Assembly: GCF_000315625.1 (NCBI RefSeq)
Contig: NW_005434611.1
Coordinates: 382,046-424,523, forward strand
Direction of reading: 5' to 3'
Length of the DNA stretch: 42,478 nucleotides
Source of the DNA: Guillardia theta CCMP2712
Taxonomy: Eukaryota; Protista; Cryptophyta
The notes beneath the pieces are model-generated. The model did no database searches. It was not told the origin of the DNA and saw only the letters and a program-made list of their open reading frames with translations. A program made the translations under genes and the position numbers. Shown here one piece after another: positions 29,556 to 42,470 of this stretch. Each line of letters begins with the position of its first letter. Positions within the stretch are counted from its first letter, which is position 1.

Positions 29556-29720
29556 ACCCTTGTCCTCTCGGCTCTTCCTCTGATCTCTCTACGTGTAGGG
29601 ATTATTCAACCTGTAGTCGTAGTTTTCTCTCCGTCAAAGTTCGCATCCTCTCCCCTCGTCGTGTTGGACAATCCTCAACGCGCTTGCTGACAGCACTGTG
29701 CGAGCAAGACTGAACCCCTA

Positions 29721-32009
29721 GTGCATGGAGAGGCAAGAGTTGTGAAATACCGGAGCCAGGTTTCAACCATGAGTGTTGGGTCTCTCAGTGTTCTTTCCGA
29801 CGGCTTTTCCAGCGCGTTAGCACAACCATTGAAGAAATCATTACCAACACAATCGTTCTATGCGCCAGGATATACCGGAAGCCCTCGAAAGTTCCTCAAC
29901 ACTTTGATCTATCACTCTTCAGAGCTGTCTTCATGTTCAATACAAGCAAAGCGAGATGGCACCGCCTGCTCGTACATGGCTTTTCTTCTGCTGATGGTCA
30001 TGATTGGAGGACTTGTCCCTGTTATCACTACCATCTATTGTTGCGGGTTCTGTATTGGAAGGTTCGGAGGCGAAAGAATGAAATGCTGCGGATCTGCATG
30101 CAAACAACCGAATTGCGGAGGAACGAAACCTTCTACCGAGTATGGAAAGAAGGAGACAAGATGCTGTGTCTTTGCTGTATTCTTCTTGTTTCTCGTGATT
30201 TTAACCACGGCTCTTCTGGGATTCCTAAGCACTTACCAGATGAGCGCAGACGTTCAATCCGTTATTGATGCCATTGACAGCAGTCTGTCACTTCCAACCT
30301 CGCTTTCGGGTCAGATCAATGCTTCTGTTGTCAACATCAGTTTCAGCCTTGGAGGCAGAGTTGAAGCCGTAAACCAGCAGCTGGTTTTCTCCAAGCCTCT
30401 TTTGTCTTCCAAACAAAGCTTAAAGTCGTCGCTGACGCAACTCAAGAACAACTTCTCTTCCATTCGATCTTACGTGGAGCACTCGGGACAATGTTCACTC
30501 ACGTTCAATTCAAGTTCAGTCACGTATGACAAGACGAGAATGACTTTCGTGTCATCAGACTCAAAGATAGTGATGCCGTTAAGCAATATCACCTGTTGCA
30601 CGTACCAAAGTCAGCACGATTGCCTCTTGCTCACAAGCACACAAGATTGCACATATGGCAACTATACCACAAAGTGTCCATGTTGTTGCACATGTCTCGT
30701 GCAAGACTATAAGATCGAAGCTGCAATCTCTCGATTGCCCACCGACACTTTCATAGAAGCATTGGATAGCGGGAGCACTATAGACAGCAGGCAGCTCAAC
30801 GGCTCAATCATGAATTTCACAACTTTTGTCTCGGGTGCGCTGGATCAATATTCTCAATATTTCGACTTGATAGACTCGTCTCTCAGACCCGTCAAGGGTA
30901 CTCTAGGGAATCAAGCTGGAGTGATTGCTGGTTCAGTCTCAATCTGGGCTTTCACAACGATAGCGGCAGCGCTGGCAGTCTGTGGCTTCTTGTTGTCAAG
31001 GTCAAGCTTGTGGTGGACAGCATACACGTGTGGATGGATCAGCAACTTTGTCTTCTTCGTCCTGTTTGGAGTCAGCTCTCTCATCGTCATGCCCTTCGGT
31101 GACATCTGCCAGGGGTTGCCGTTGACCACTCAAGATCCCGTCCCTTGGCTGGTGACCTTCACGCAAGACTTGAACCCAACAGAGATCAACCCCGTCCTCC
31201 TGCGGCTGAACCAAGATTGTCTCGTGCGATCAAACCCTAACGGCCAGCTGTGGGAGGTGGTGGGATACGGCAGGGAGAAGATGTATGCTGCCTTCTCGGG
31301 CTACAACTTCACCGGCAGGCTCAAGGACGACTTGAGTCAGCTCAGGTCCAGCTCGAGCCGCGACTACTCCCTGCATACAGGTGACACCGAGTCCCGCATC
31401 GCCGAGCATGGGATGCCGGAGGGCTACATGTCGGGGCTCAGCAGCAGCTCAGCTTATGGGACCTACGCTGAGACACTCTCTCAACAGTGGAACGAGACGC
31501 TAGCGTCGATGAAGAGCTTTCAACGATCTCAGGAGGCCTGGGAGCAGCAGGTGCAGGAAGCGCAGACGAAGCTCAAGGGTGCGAGCAGCTCCTTGCAGCT
31601 GCTGATCGGTTTCGTCGTAGACTCCTTGTCTGCAAGTGGCAATTGCACGATGATGAACAAGGCGTACATGGATGTACGAGAGCCGATTTGCGACAGGCTG
31701 TCCAAGTCGCTCGACTCCATGTGGGTGCTCTTCTTCATCATCGCGCTCGAGTGGTACCCGATGTTCATCATCATCTGCCGGGGTGTGAAGCACTCGCAAC
31801 AGCGACGAGGCGTGAGCAAAGTCGATCCGAGCACGCAGTTCATTCCATCGGACATCACAGGGGTAAAGGAAGAAACTAGCAAAGGAGACGAAGACGGGAC
31901 CAAAGAGTCTCTGCAGGTAGTGACTGAAGAAGCCCCTCGCAAGAAGAAGAAGAAGAAATCGAAAGAAGATGGCGACGAGGCGATGGCACGCAAGAGAGCC
32001 GCCAAGTGA
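29721..32009 (+). CDS. Prominin/Tweety-like five-transmembrane glycoprotein (long single exon; true start uncertain)
   Basis: 762-aa ORF: TM, Cys-rich CCGFC...CCG..C...CGG, TM, large NxS/T-rich loop, two TMs then GDIC, second loop, C..MNKAY....PICD.L...LDSMW, TM, and a charged tail. Confidence 0.65.
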   Translation: MHGEARVVKYRSQVSTMSVGSLSVLSDGFSSALAQPLKKSLPTQSFYAPGYTGSPRKFLNTLIYHSSELSSCSIQAKRDGTACSYMAFLLLMVMIGGLVPVITTIYCCGFCIGRFGGERMKCCGSACKQPNCGGTKPSTEYGKKETRCCVFAVFFLFLVILTTALLGFLSTYQMSADVQSVIDAIDSSLSLPTSLSGQINASVVNISFSLGGRVEAVNQQLVFSKPLLSSKQSLKSSLTQLKNNFSSIRSYVEHSGQCSLTFNSSSVTYDKTRMTFVSSDSKIVMPLSNITCCTYQSQHDCLLLTSTQDCTYGNYTTKCPCCCTCLVQDYKIEAAISRLPTDTFIEALDSGSTIDSRQLNGSIMNFTTFVSGALDQYSQYFDLIDSSLRPVKGTLGNQAGVIAGSVSIWAFTTIAAALAVCGFLLSRSSLWWTAYTCGWISNFVFFVLFGVSSLIVMPFGDICQGLPLTTQDPVPWLVTFTQDLNPTEINPVLLRLNQDCLVRSNPNGQLWEVVGYGREKMYAAFSGYNFTGRLKDDLSQLRSSSSRDYSLHTGDTESRIAEHGMPEGYMSGLSSSSAYGTYAETLSQQWNETLASMKSFQRSQEAWEQQVQEAQTKLKGASSSLQLLIGFVVDSLSASGNCTMMNKAYMDVREPICDRLSKSLDSMWVLFFIIALEWYPMFIIICRGVKHSQQRRGVSKVDPSTQFIPSDITGVKEETSKGDEDGTKESLQVVTEEAPRKKKKKKSKEDGDEAMARKRAAK

Positions 32010-32082
32010 GTGTGAGGGTCAGAGGTGGTTATGACTCAATGTGAAGCTTGTTGTATTGTATCCTTCCTTGACATTGGCTCTC

Positions 32083-35000
32083 CTACTGTGCGTTGCATCC
32101 CGACATGTTGGTTGCCCGCCAGGCAAAGATGAGCTGCATGACCTGCTTCCTCGTCAACTCTGCCTCTGCCTCTGCCCCCTCTCCTCTCATTTGCCTCCTC
32201 TCCTCTCCTCTCCACAGCCCCCCCCCCCCCGCCATTCCCCATCCTTTCTCGCTCCTCTACTCCTCTCCCCCCCTTTCTCTTCCACTTTTCCCTCACCTGG
32301 TATTGGTCCGGCATTTTGTCCCTCCAGTGTACGACTTCGGTTCCCCTGCATGCCCGTCATCTCGCGTCTCCTCGCCCTCATCAGCCGCATCGCGTCTCCT
32401 CGCCCTCACCGGTACAGTACGCCATCGTTGTTCCGCATCGACACGCCTCGCAACTCTTTGGTTCGCGGCGCCTCCAGCATAAGCGGCCACTCGCCGTCAG
32501 CCGGGGTGAGATCGAGCTGCGGCGAGTGAGGGAGCAACAGAGAGGCGAGGAGCGGGAGTAGAAGACCAAACGCGGAACAAGAAGAGGAGGGGAGGAGGGG
32601 AGGGGGGGGAGGATGGTAGGGGGGGAGGAGGAGAAGAGGAGAGGAGGGGACTGGGGGCAGGGGAGGGCAGGGAGGGGAGGAGGAAGGGGGGGGATTGTCC
32701 TTGCCTGCATTGTGAGGGAAATCTCGTTCTCCGGCACATCCAGATGCGGCCAGATGTGACCGCCTGAGACGTAGTGGACGGGAAACGCGTAGGTGGGGAC
32801 GATGTTCTCTCCGGTGATGCGCTGGACGAGGTCGGAGAGCTGGAGGTTGACGAGGTTGGCGATCGGCGCCTCCTCGAACTCCCAGCGCCGCGTCTTCTCT
32901 GCAAACCTGATCTTATACCTCGTCTCGATGATCCTCCGGTAGTAGCGCTGCAGCACCCGCACCGTCGCTTGCGGAAGAATATCCGCTAGGGCGACGTACC
33001 TGCCGGGCGGGTGAGGAGAGTTGAGTGAGTGAAGCGCCGGGAGGGATGAGGGGAGGAGGGTGAAGGGAGGGGAGGGGGGCAGGGAGGAGGCGGCGACCTC
33101 TCGTCTCTCATCTTCTTGAGGAGGGAGGGGGCGTAGGCCCTTTGCCAGGTCTCCTCCTCGAAGAAGCGGCAGAGGCCCATGGCAGACTCGTCAGCTGAGA
33201 CTCCTTGAAGACTCAGAAGCTCCTTCACCCTCCTGCAGATCTTCTCGTTGACCTCCTCCCCCCTCCCCCCCTTCAGCTCTCCCGTCCGATGCAGCACAAA
33301 CTGAAGCTGAATCAGCGCCTCCCAGTTGTCCGGCTGCAGCTGCTCTGCTAGTCAGCCTTGGCTAGAGAAGGAGGACGTGGGAGGAAGAGGAGGAGAAGAG
33401 GGAAGGAGAGCTGCGAGAGAGAAAAGCAGGAAGAGAAGAGGCAGAGACTGGGACCTTGAGGGTTTTCTCGAGGGCCTTGGATGCGCACTTGAATCGTCCT
33501 TGTCCTATGTAGATCTTCGCCAGCAAGTTGAAGCCGCTCGTCATGGAGGGGTCCAGCTTCACTGCCTTCCTGATCGACCTCGTCGCGTTGCTCGCGAGTC
33601 GGTTCCCGCAGAGCAAGTGACCATGGAGGAGGTAGAGGTGAGCAGTGCTCTGATGCAGCCGTGAGAGGTGCGGGAAGCAGCAAAGACAAACGACCTGAGG
33701 GACTGGATGAGGGCAGCGCGTGCCCTTCTGGCTCTCCCAATCCTCACAGAAGGACCTCTGGAGAGCATCGTAATCCCCCTGCAGGTTATCATCCCATCCC
33801 TCCTCCTCCTCCTCCTCCTCCTCCTCCTCCCCGTCCACCACCCTAGATTTCTCGTGATCCGCTGTCCTTCCATGAGACGTTTCCTCGTGCCTTGAAGTAG
33901 CTTGATGTCTCAGCTGCGGCTGCTCCTCAGGCTTTTTCTTCCCATTGGCGGCGATTCTTCGCTCCTTCACGCGAGACTTGACGAGCTCGAAGAACTCTCC
34001 GAGCTCCTCGGGGTCGAAGCTCGAGATGGAGGAGGCAACCAGGAGGACGCTGCTGCGGTCACCCAGCACTTGGATCCTTCCTTCCGTACTGCTCGTTACC
34101 GTCTTGATGTCCGCCAGCTTCACTGACACTGCGATCCCTCCGACGCGGCAGGAGAAGAGCGACTTGCTACCGACCGCCATCGCCCCATCCTTCCCGACGA
34201 TCAACCTCTCCAGCTTCTCCTTCATCGCTTCCAACAGCTTCGCTACTTCCCTCGTTTTCCTCACTCCTTTCGGCAGTTCTGGCTTTACAGGCTGACTCTC
34301 CTCCTCCTCCCCATCAACTGACCTCATAGCTTCGCGCGTCGCTCTCTCTGCTCTTCTCGTCTGCCCATCGGCCTCGCTATCCTCCCCTCCGCTTGCTCTT
34401 CCTCTGGCTTCCTCGAGCTTCACCTCACTCTTGCCTCTCCCTCCCTCTTCAGCTTTCATCCACGCGAAACTGCTCCCTGCCCCTGCCCCTCCTCCTGCTG
34501 CCCCTGCCCCTGCCCCTGCCCCTGCCCCTGCCCCTGCCCCTGCTCCTGCCCCTCCTGCTCCTGCTCCTCCTCCTCGGATAATCTTAAGGTAGTCATATAT
34601 GACCGAGTTGGCTGCTTGGTGACTTTTCTGCGGCTTGTCGTCAGACTGGCAGCTGGCGATGGGGGAGGAACGACCTGGAGAGCATCGCGAGCTTCGCGGA
34701 GGGACAGGGAAAGACGCTCGAGCTCGACGCTTTTCTGTTGCGTTTCCTGGGAAAAGATCACAACCAACCTCGTTCTCCTTCTTCTCAGTCGTAGTGCCCC
34801 CCCCCCTTCGGCTCTCCCCGCCCCCTCCTCCACTTGCCTCCATTAACATCGCTCTGTCGCGCTGAAGCTGAGCAGTAGTCTTGCGAGATTCCGAGAGCTT
34901 CCTTTCACTTTCCGCTGCGATACTTGAAGAGCATGAGGAGAAGGTGAGAGAAGCAGTACGAGACTACCTCGTCGCAGAAGCTAGTTTGCTTCGAAGCATT

Positions 35001-35211
35001 TCAATCTCCTTCCGCAGCTCTTCGCTCTCCGAGCAGCTCTCTGATCTCCTTGCATGCGACCCATCACGTCCATGCGAAGAGCCGTCGTTTCCTCTTGCTG
35101 GCTCCTCCTGTCGAGCTTCATCGATCGACTGAAAGATTCCCCACTTGTCGTCAAGAGCACCTACAGACAGCAACAAGACTGCCAACATGATTATCATTAG
35201 CAACAAACCCT

Positions 35212-35245
<34 letters not shown>

Positions 35246-35445
35246 ACCTGCCTGCCTGCCTGCCTTAACACGCTAAAGACAGAGTCCACGGCAATTCAAC
35301 AACTGTTCAGAAATAACTTCGTGCACGTTCCATCTGCTAATCTCAATTTCCTCCTCCTGGCTGGGCTTTCCTGCTGCTTTTCCTGCCAGACGTTGCTTCC
35401 CATACCCCCCTCGAAAACCCCAACTCATCCACCAACCCATCCTCC

Positions 35446-35511
<66 letters not shown>

Positions 35512-35586
35512 TTCGTCCTCGTCCTCGTCCTCGTCCTCCTTACCGAGGCTTGTCGCGACTAGCAGGATCGCCTGTACCCGCGCCAT
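32083..35586 (-). CDS. Signal-peptide protein with coiled/low-complexity region, TPR repeats and a C-terminal 2OG-Fe(II) oxygenase domain, multi-exon
   Basis: MARVQAILLVATSL|VLLLSVGA leader. TPR-like SIRKAVKLDP...NLLAKIYIGQGRFKCASKALEKTL. Oxygenase-like IVPTYAFPVHYVSGGHIWPHLD...EISLT, WPL, NNDGVLYR|GTEVVHWR and QLIFAW give the HxD...H triad. Confidence 0.7.
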
Positions 35587-36138
35587 GACCCAAACCGCCC
35601 CAACCCTACCTCGTCGTTCGATCCTGGCTAATACCTACCTACACATTTACCATTGAAACTTGGTAAGAAGAGGGGTAGTAACTCCACGCCACATCGCCCC
35701 ACCCACTGGAATTCTTCCGTGACGAGCTCAACCGAGACTACTAGCTAGTCGAACTCTGGTCAAACGGGAGTCCGATCTGGTCAAACTCTCTGGTCGCGAG
35801 TCGATCCGATCAGCGGCAGTATGAGACGGTTTGGTATGCCATGATGGTCGCTGCCCGGCCGCGGCGGTGCTCGGCCCTGCCTGCCAAGTGGGCCGCGCGC
35901 CGCCGGGCCCCCGACAGGCCCGGGACTGAGGCTCATGATCGGACTCGGGAGTGAGTGCCGCAGCCTGACTCGCCGTCGCTAAGCCTTTGCGACTCAAATT
36001 AATAAAAAATAGTACACACTCAGTGACGTCGTCAGACGGGGCCGGGCCCGGACGGGCCCGGCCAGCCTCTTACCCTCGGCTTGAAGCCTGAGGCTCGGAT
36101 TCGATACGCTCCGAGGCTGCCCAAGTCAAAAAGGAAGC

Positions 36139-36212
36139 TGCCTCTAGCGGGGCTCGAACACGCGACCTCACGCTTACTAAGCGTGCGCTCTGACCAACTG
36201 AGCTATAGAGGC
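36139..36212 (-). tRNA. tRNA-Thr (anticodon AGT)
   Basis: GCCTCTA TA GCTC AGTTGGTCA GAGC G CACGC TT-AGT-AA GCGTG AGGTC GCGTG TTCGAGC CCCGC TAGAGGC A forms a cloverleaf, with a TTTTT Pol III terminator just downstream. Confidence 0.93.
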
Positions 36213-37525
36213 GATACACGTGTTAAGCATACTAGCCTTTATGTACTGAGAACATGGAGGTTGACTTGCTTGTCCTTGATCTTGATCTTGATCTTGATCG
36301 TCATGGCCATCATCACAACCATTGTTGTTCTTGTTGTCCTCAGTCGTCGTTGCCGTTGTTAATATCTGCTGCTACTGCTGCTCGTGCTTGTTCCTGCTGT
36401 CTGCTCCTTCCCTCCCCTTTCTCCATCCTGCTCGAGCTACTGTACCAGCCTCTGTTCCGTCTCTTTTCACCCTGTTTGGTTTCGTCTGAACTGTGCCGCC
36501 GCCGCCAGCAGCAGCAGCAGCAGCAGCGACCGAAAGGGGTATGCGGTCTCCGGACCTAGCCGACAGCCAACCTCCCTGTCACCTTATGACTTTTGTCGTT
36601 CATTTTTCAGTTTGTCTGATTCATCGACTTTTGCCCGAACCTCTCTTCCACCTTCTCTCCGATCTCCACAATCAAGCTACACCCTTCCATCCTCCTTTTC
36701 TCTTCTCGCTCATTTTCTCTTGTTCGCCATGGCTTGACCCTGCACCATTCTCCTCTCTTCGTGCTCCTTCTACCCTCTCCCTTCTGCTCGAGTCCCTTTC
36801 TCGCCTCTTCTCCTAAATATCTGCCTTGCTGTCTCTGCTGCATCCTTGATGTACGGCACTCTTACCCCATCTGTTCTGGCACTTCCGATGGCTACGATGA
36901 GACAGCGATCTCAGTTCTTTCTTCCGAAACCGAGAAACATTCTTTATACACCAGCTTTATGCGCCCTCCTGATCATCGCAGCGTCTCATGCCGATGGATT
37001 CGTATGGCAAAAAAATGTGCCCCGAGTGTCGTGAATGATTGCTCTACAAAGTGGGGGTCAGAAACTTGAGGGTTGACTTGCTTTGTTTAAGAAAAACTGA
37101 AAATTCATTAGAGTCCAATCACATGAATCGCTCACGTAATATGACAACGTAATGAAGACTTGAGATACTTAGTTTGCAGCAACATGAGCCTCCATACTGC
37201 ACCATAGAAGAGCTGCGCTGACGAGAACATTTCAGGCAATAAGATCAAAACTTTGAGAATGTTCGGTCAGTGATTCCACTTGTTGCCTCCTTGACGCAAC
37301 AGAAACAATAATAGATGCCACAACAGCATGTTTGTACAACTTCAAAGCGCGCACTGGCACGTTCACTAGGATCCCCCGAATCGCGTACTTGCATTTGCTG
37401 TTGCCGCCCCACATAAGAAATATACAAATGATGTTACAGGAACTGGGTTGATGCCCAACCTCACGAGAGAACCAAACATAACAACAGAACCCAACTGCCA
37501 AAATCCATTCCATGTGTAGCGTTGG

Positions 37526-39337
37526 TTACCGTCTCGCTCCCGCACGAAGATTCATGGCCTCAGCAACTTGCTTGGCAAGTGCCGCTGATTCATCTGCTGA
37601 AGTTTGCTTCTGCTCGGATGACTTGGGAAGAACCAGATTGTTTCCATCAAAATACCTTTGAAACACTATAAGACACGAATTCACATCTCTCCAAAATGAA
37701 GTTCTCACCCGCTCTCACAAACTTTCAAATACCCTTGCTGAGGTCCAATAATACTCCCCGGACGAACAATTCTCAACCATCCTATGCATTGATTTGCTGT
37801 AAAACCTGCCAAGCCCCAAATCATAAAAACCAAGATTTCACAACACAAATCCAACCATAATTTTTCATTAACCAAAGCGCAATCAGAGTCCCAGTTCTTC
37901 CCAATCCAGCCTGTACAAATCGTGAATCGTTCGGTAGACATCAAAGTGTACTGTACCTTGCAATGCACAGCAAGGGCCCCCCGTTCTCGATCACAAATAT
38001 CAAGAAATTGACTGACTATGTTGGCTGGGGGAACGGTGCAGTCATCGAAGTAGAGATCATAGTGATTGATCCCATTCTTGCTGAATTCTTTTCCATCATA
38101 TGTATCCGGTTCGTTCAAGCGAACCACTGCTGTAACTCCCTTGTCCTTGAAAACTTCGATATAGTCCTTAGGCGTAAATGTATACACTCCAGGCGCAATT
38201 TTTTCTCGTTTTGCTGACGGACCTTTGAATGCTATAAATTTTGAAACGTTGGGACCCGCACATGGCATGACCCTAAAAGGAAAGCTCAGCACTTGATAGT
38301 CGAATGATATAAGGGTACATGTGAAGATCTCCATTCAAAGGATGATCCCAGAATTCGTAGTCCTCAACGTCAAACTCATCGTAATTGAAAAAATTGACCG
38401 TGATCGCCTGGCAACCATGAGATTCCATCCAATCTCAAAACGCACAATGTACCTTGTGCAAACTGGAAAAGCAATCCAGAAGAGTCAGAGGGTATTCCGA
38501 TGGCAAATATCTGTACGAGACTAATATTAGAAGGTTCTGTTTCTACATTGAATGACATACGTTGCATCTCGGAATGGCTTGAATGGTGATGGTTCAATCG
38601 CGGCAAATGGCAATGCTGCCTATTCACGGAGTTAACAATGTCAAAGATGCTTAGAGCCAAGTGACCTGTTCAGGACTCCAACCTTGTACACAGACCTAGG
38701 GGGATAATATGTCAGAAGGGCATAGAAGACTCTCCGTGATAGGTTGCACCAGGTAAGCCCCAAGGAGAAATGCTGTGTTTGTTCGAATAGGTGTATTTTC
38801 ATCCGTGTAGTAAACGAGATGACGCTGAAGCATACAGATTAGTATGTCAAAACAATTCAAAATAAAAATCCAGAATACATATACCTTAGCAAGTCGTTGA
38901 TCATTCATTCTCTCATTCATCAATGTACAGAAGCGGTGCACAACACCTAGATTTACAGGCCCAAAATCCGCACAGTATGGTTCATAGCGTTCTTGCAGGT
39001 CGGATCTGCCAAGAGTAAGTCACGTAATCCATGTGATTATTCAAATTTGCAAGGGAAGGTGATTGGAAGGCGATCAACAGCCATTGACAGAAATAGGAAG
39101 ACTCACGAGAAGAAAAATAATGCTGGCTGTCTTTTGATCTCTGTCAGCGTATGATCATCATTTCTGTGAGCAGTAAATGATAATCTCCCCGCAATAATCT
39201 ATCCAAGATATCAATGATTAGAAGCAAATCTTTGCAATTATCTCAATGATTCTTAGATAATGGCCTACCGGATATATTTTGCCCACTGCCCAAGGAGTCT
39301 TTTCTATCGTCATGTTGTGCTGGGATGGCGGACCCAT
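37526..39337 (-). CDS. CDC14: Cdc14 dual-specificity protein phosphatase, multi-exon
   Basis: YEPYCADFGPVNLG, RTNTAFLLGAYL, KFIAFKGP, VVRLNE, HYDLYFDDCTVPP, spliced catalytic motif AVHCK|AGLGRTG, IGWLRIVRPGSIIGPQQ. Stop at 37526. Start approximate. Confidence 0.92.
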
Positions 39338-40384
39338 CTGAGCTCGTCCTTGATGGGCCATATTGATTATCACCCCTTAAACCCCCACCTCAGCGCAGCC
39401 TCCAATCAACTGACTGTCAGGTGTAGTAGAAATTGACAAGGATTTTGACGTTGGTTTTTCGTTAATATTCACCAACAGTCTTCCCAAACACCTATCGACC
39501 GTACTTGTGCTACAAGCACAGTTTAGAGGAATATCGAATTTGTCCTGCAAAAAGCGCTCTCCCCTCGTCCAAGATTATTCTTTGCTCCAAGTCAATAGAG
39601 ATAGATAACGTTCAGAAGCTTGAGTGTGCAAGAAGCATATGAACATTAATAAGCAGTCATATTGCCTTAATGGATCATCCCCGATTGATGAAGCCTTCTG
39701 ACTTGACAGGTGATCAACCAGCTCTTAGACAATGTCATTTACACGCCTCCCTGTGTTATCCCTCTCTCCGTGTCCATAGCAGCAGACAACTTGAAATTCA
39801 GAATGACTGTTGTATTCTCTCAACCCAGTTGCTGCAGCTCGAGTTCCAACCACCACCTGCCCTAAAGCGTGAGAAACCAGAAAACAGAAACAGTCAATGT
39901 CAGGAAGATTGGTGCTGTAAGATTAATTGTAGGTTGATCACAGCCACCAGAAGATATATCTCACTATTCATAACAGTCATATTGAGTGTTGTAGGTCACA
40001 GGAAGGACACCCAAGGTTGAAAAACAAGTTATGTTCAACAGAAAACTATCAAATTGCCATATCAACACTTATTCAGAGCTGAAATGATATTAGAAACATG
40101 ATGGCTTGCATGTTCATTGTATGCGACTTGCAAGAATTGACTGTTTTCCACTCATAAAAGTGGCACGAAGAGCTGAAATCCATTGCTTCTCCTCGTAATG
40201 CCGCAATCAAGGACACAAATTGAGCACATCGCGATCGTGAAGTGCTATCATGCGTGTGCAATGCATACAAGGAAGCTGCTCAGACATCAAACAACGAGGC
40301 AGCCTGGACAAGGCAGTAGGGGGGGGAAGGGAAATAGTTGTTGGGAGATGCACGGGGGTGAGAGAGGTAGGCCTGGAAGGAGGG

Positions 40385-40675
40385 AGAGGAGAGGAGAGGA
40401 GAGGAGAGGAGAGGAGAGGAGAGGAGAGGAGAGGAGAGGAGAGGAGAGGAGATGAAAGGAGAGGAGATGAAAGGAGAGTAGAGTAGAGTAGAGTAGAGTA
40501 GAGGAGATGAGATGAGAGGAGAGGAGAGGAGAGGAGAGGAGATGAAAGGAGAGGAGATGAAAGGAGAGGAAAGGAGAGGAGATGAAAGGAGATGAAAGGA
40601 GAGGAGATGAAAGGAGAGGAAAGGAGAGGAGATGAAAGGAGAGGAAAGGAGAGGAAAGGAGAGATGATGAAAGGA
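40385..40675. repeat. (GAGGA)n/(GAGTA)n/GATGAAAGGA purine-rich satellite
   Basis: Read directly. Confidence 0.95.
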
Positions 40676-42364
40676 GGAGCATCAGGAGGAGCGAAGCGAA
40701 GATCTTGCATGACCATTATCACTCTGCAGTCATAGAGAGAAGAGCGGATGCAGCAGCCGAGGGCGGGAAAGAGGAAGGGTGTTTCCGCAACGGGCAGCTG
40801 ACCTCAGACTCCTCTGCGATATACCCCCTCTTCACTCCATCATCCTTGGTAGTAAATGTTTACTTACTATAAATAATCTCCTATAGATGGAGTAATTTTC
40901 CATATGAATTTACTTATCTACTACATAATTATCACCCACCACTGAAGGGAAGGACCCCCCATGTACCCTCCCTCATCTCCTTTCCTCGTGAGGCGACGAA
41001 ACCTTCTGATACCAAACACTTTCTCAACCCCACCCCACCCCCAAACAACCCCACCCTCAAGTTGGACTGCAGACTCCTCTGATTAGACCCCCTACCCATA
41101 ATTTTTGTCATCCACCCCTCTCATGAGCTGACAACCCTATTTTTCTCTCTGTACTACCCTTTAAAATTACTGGAAGCTAGAATGTACTTTAACCCCCTAC
41201 CCCCAAAAATCAACCTGGTACCCACGGCTTCATCAGCAATAATACATGACCTAACTAATCTCCACCCCACCCTACCTTTTTGAAACAGAATTACTGAATT
41301 ACCCCCTCACCCCATTCTTCCCATCAAACGACTCTTTCCGAGGGGGGTGGGGGTACTACTCATGTGAAGGATCTCAGAGGGTAGGGTACTCTACCTCTCA
41401 GAGGCCATCCTCCATACTGATCACCCGTCCTTTTACCCTTCAACAGACCCGTACTGGAGTACCCATCCACCCCATCCTTCTATTGGCTCTACACCAGTCA
41501 TAGGTGGCACGAAGTGTTTGTACCGATCAAAGACTACCCCCACTTTATCCCTTGATACCACCGGTACAGCTTGAAAGTTCGGACACCACTTTGCCCTCTT
41601 CCGACCTACCCTACCCCAAGACAAACTCAGTGACTGACCACCCCTGTCCGTCGTAAAGGATCACTACCCCCAACCCACTCAGCCCACCACCCTCTACCCT
41701 CATATTTCCATCTCACTACCCATCCAATCCCCATGGTCCACCCATATCGGATCTTGAGACAACAGGTACCCCTCCTGTCAATGATTCTTGTGCCTACCCC
41801 ACCCCTATCTTACACGGGCCAATCTGCCGGGTCCCTCAGTGCACAGCCGCCGGTGACCGCCGGCCAACTCAGACTCACCGTCGTGCTGAGTGAGAGTCGC
41901 GGCCCGGCTCAGGAAGGCCCGGCGCCGGGCCCGCGGTTGCGCCGTGACCATCGTGATTTTTAACTTAACTTTGAGTAAAGGGACTCCTTTTGCAGTGGAC
42001 TTTGAGTAAACGACTGCTCGGTGTTCACGGTTGACCGTTTCTAGTACCCGCACGAGCGGCCACGACTGAGCGGCTCGGAGCGGCTAATCGTTAAGCTGGG
42101 CCGGGGAGCCACACAGTTGCCGCCGCGCGGCGCCGCGCCGCGGCCCGCCGGACCGGGATTGACCCGCCGCACACTCAGTGACAGCGCCGGGCAACTTCCC
42201 GGGCCGGAGTCCGGCGGGGCCGCCCGGCCGCGGCCCGGCAGCTCTCAGCCTGGACCACTGGCTGAGCCTGAGTGAGTCACGGCTTGGGGTCACTTGAGAC
42301 GTTGACCGATCGGCCGTTACTGCGATGCCATGATGAGCGATGGCGAGCGAAGCGGAAGAGAGAC

Positions 42365-42470
42365 GAGGAGGGAGGGAGGGAGGGAGGGAGGGAGGGAGGG
42401 AGGGCCGGGGAGGGAGGGAGGGAGGGAGGGAGGGAGGGAGGGAGGGAGGGAGGGAGGGAGGGAGGAGGGA
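42365..42470. repeat. (GGGA)n microsatellite
   Basis: Read directly. Confidence 0.95.

Noticed and set aside
36254-37069. Possible small gene between the tRNA and Cdc14
   Set aside because: Only short low-complexity ORFs with no recognisable motif or consistent exon chain.
39600-40722. Possible minus-strand gene upstream of Cdc14
   Set aside because: Short ORFs, partly generated by the (GAGGA)n satellite. I could not assemble a credible model.
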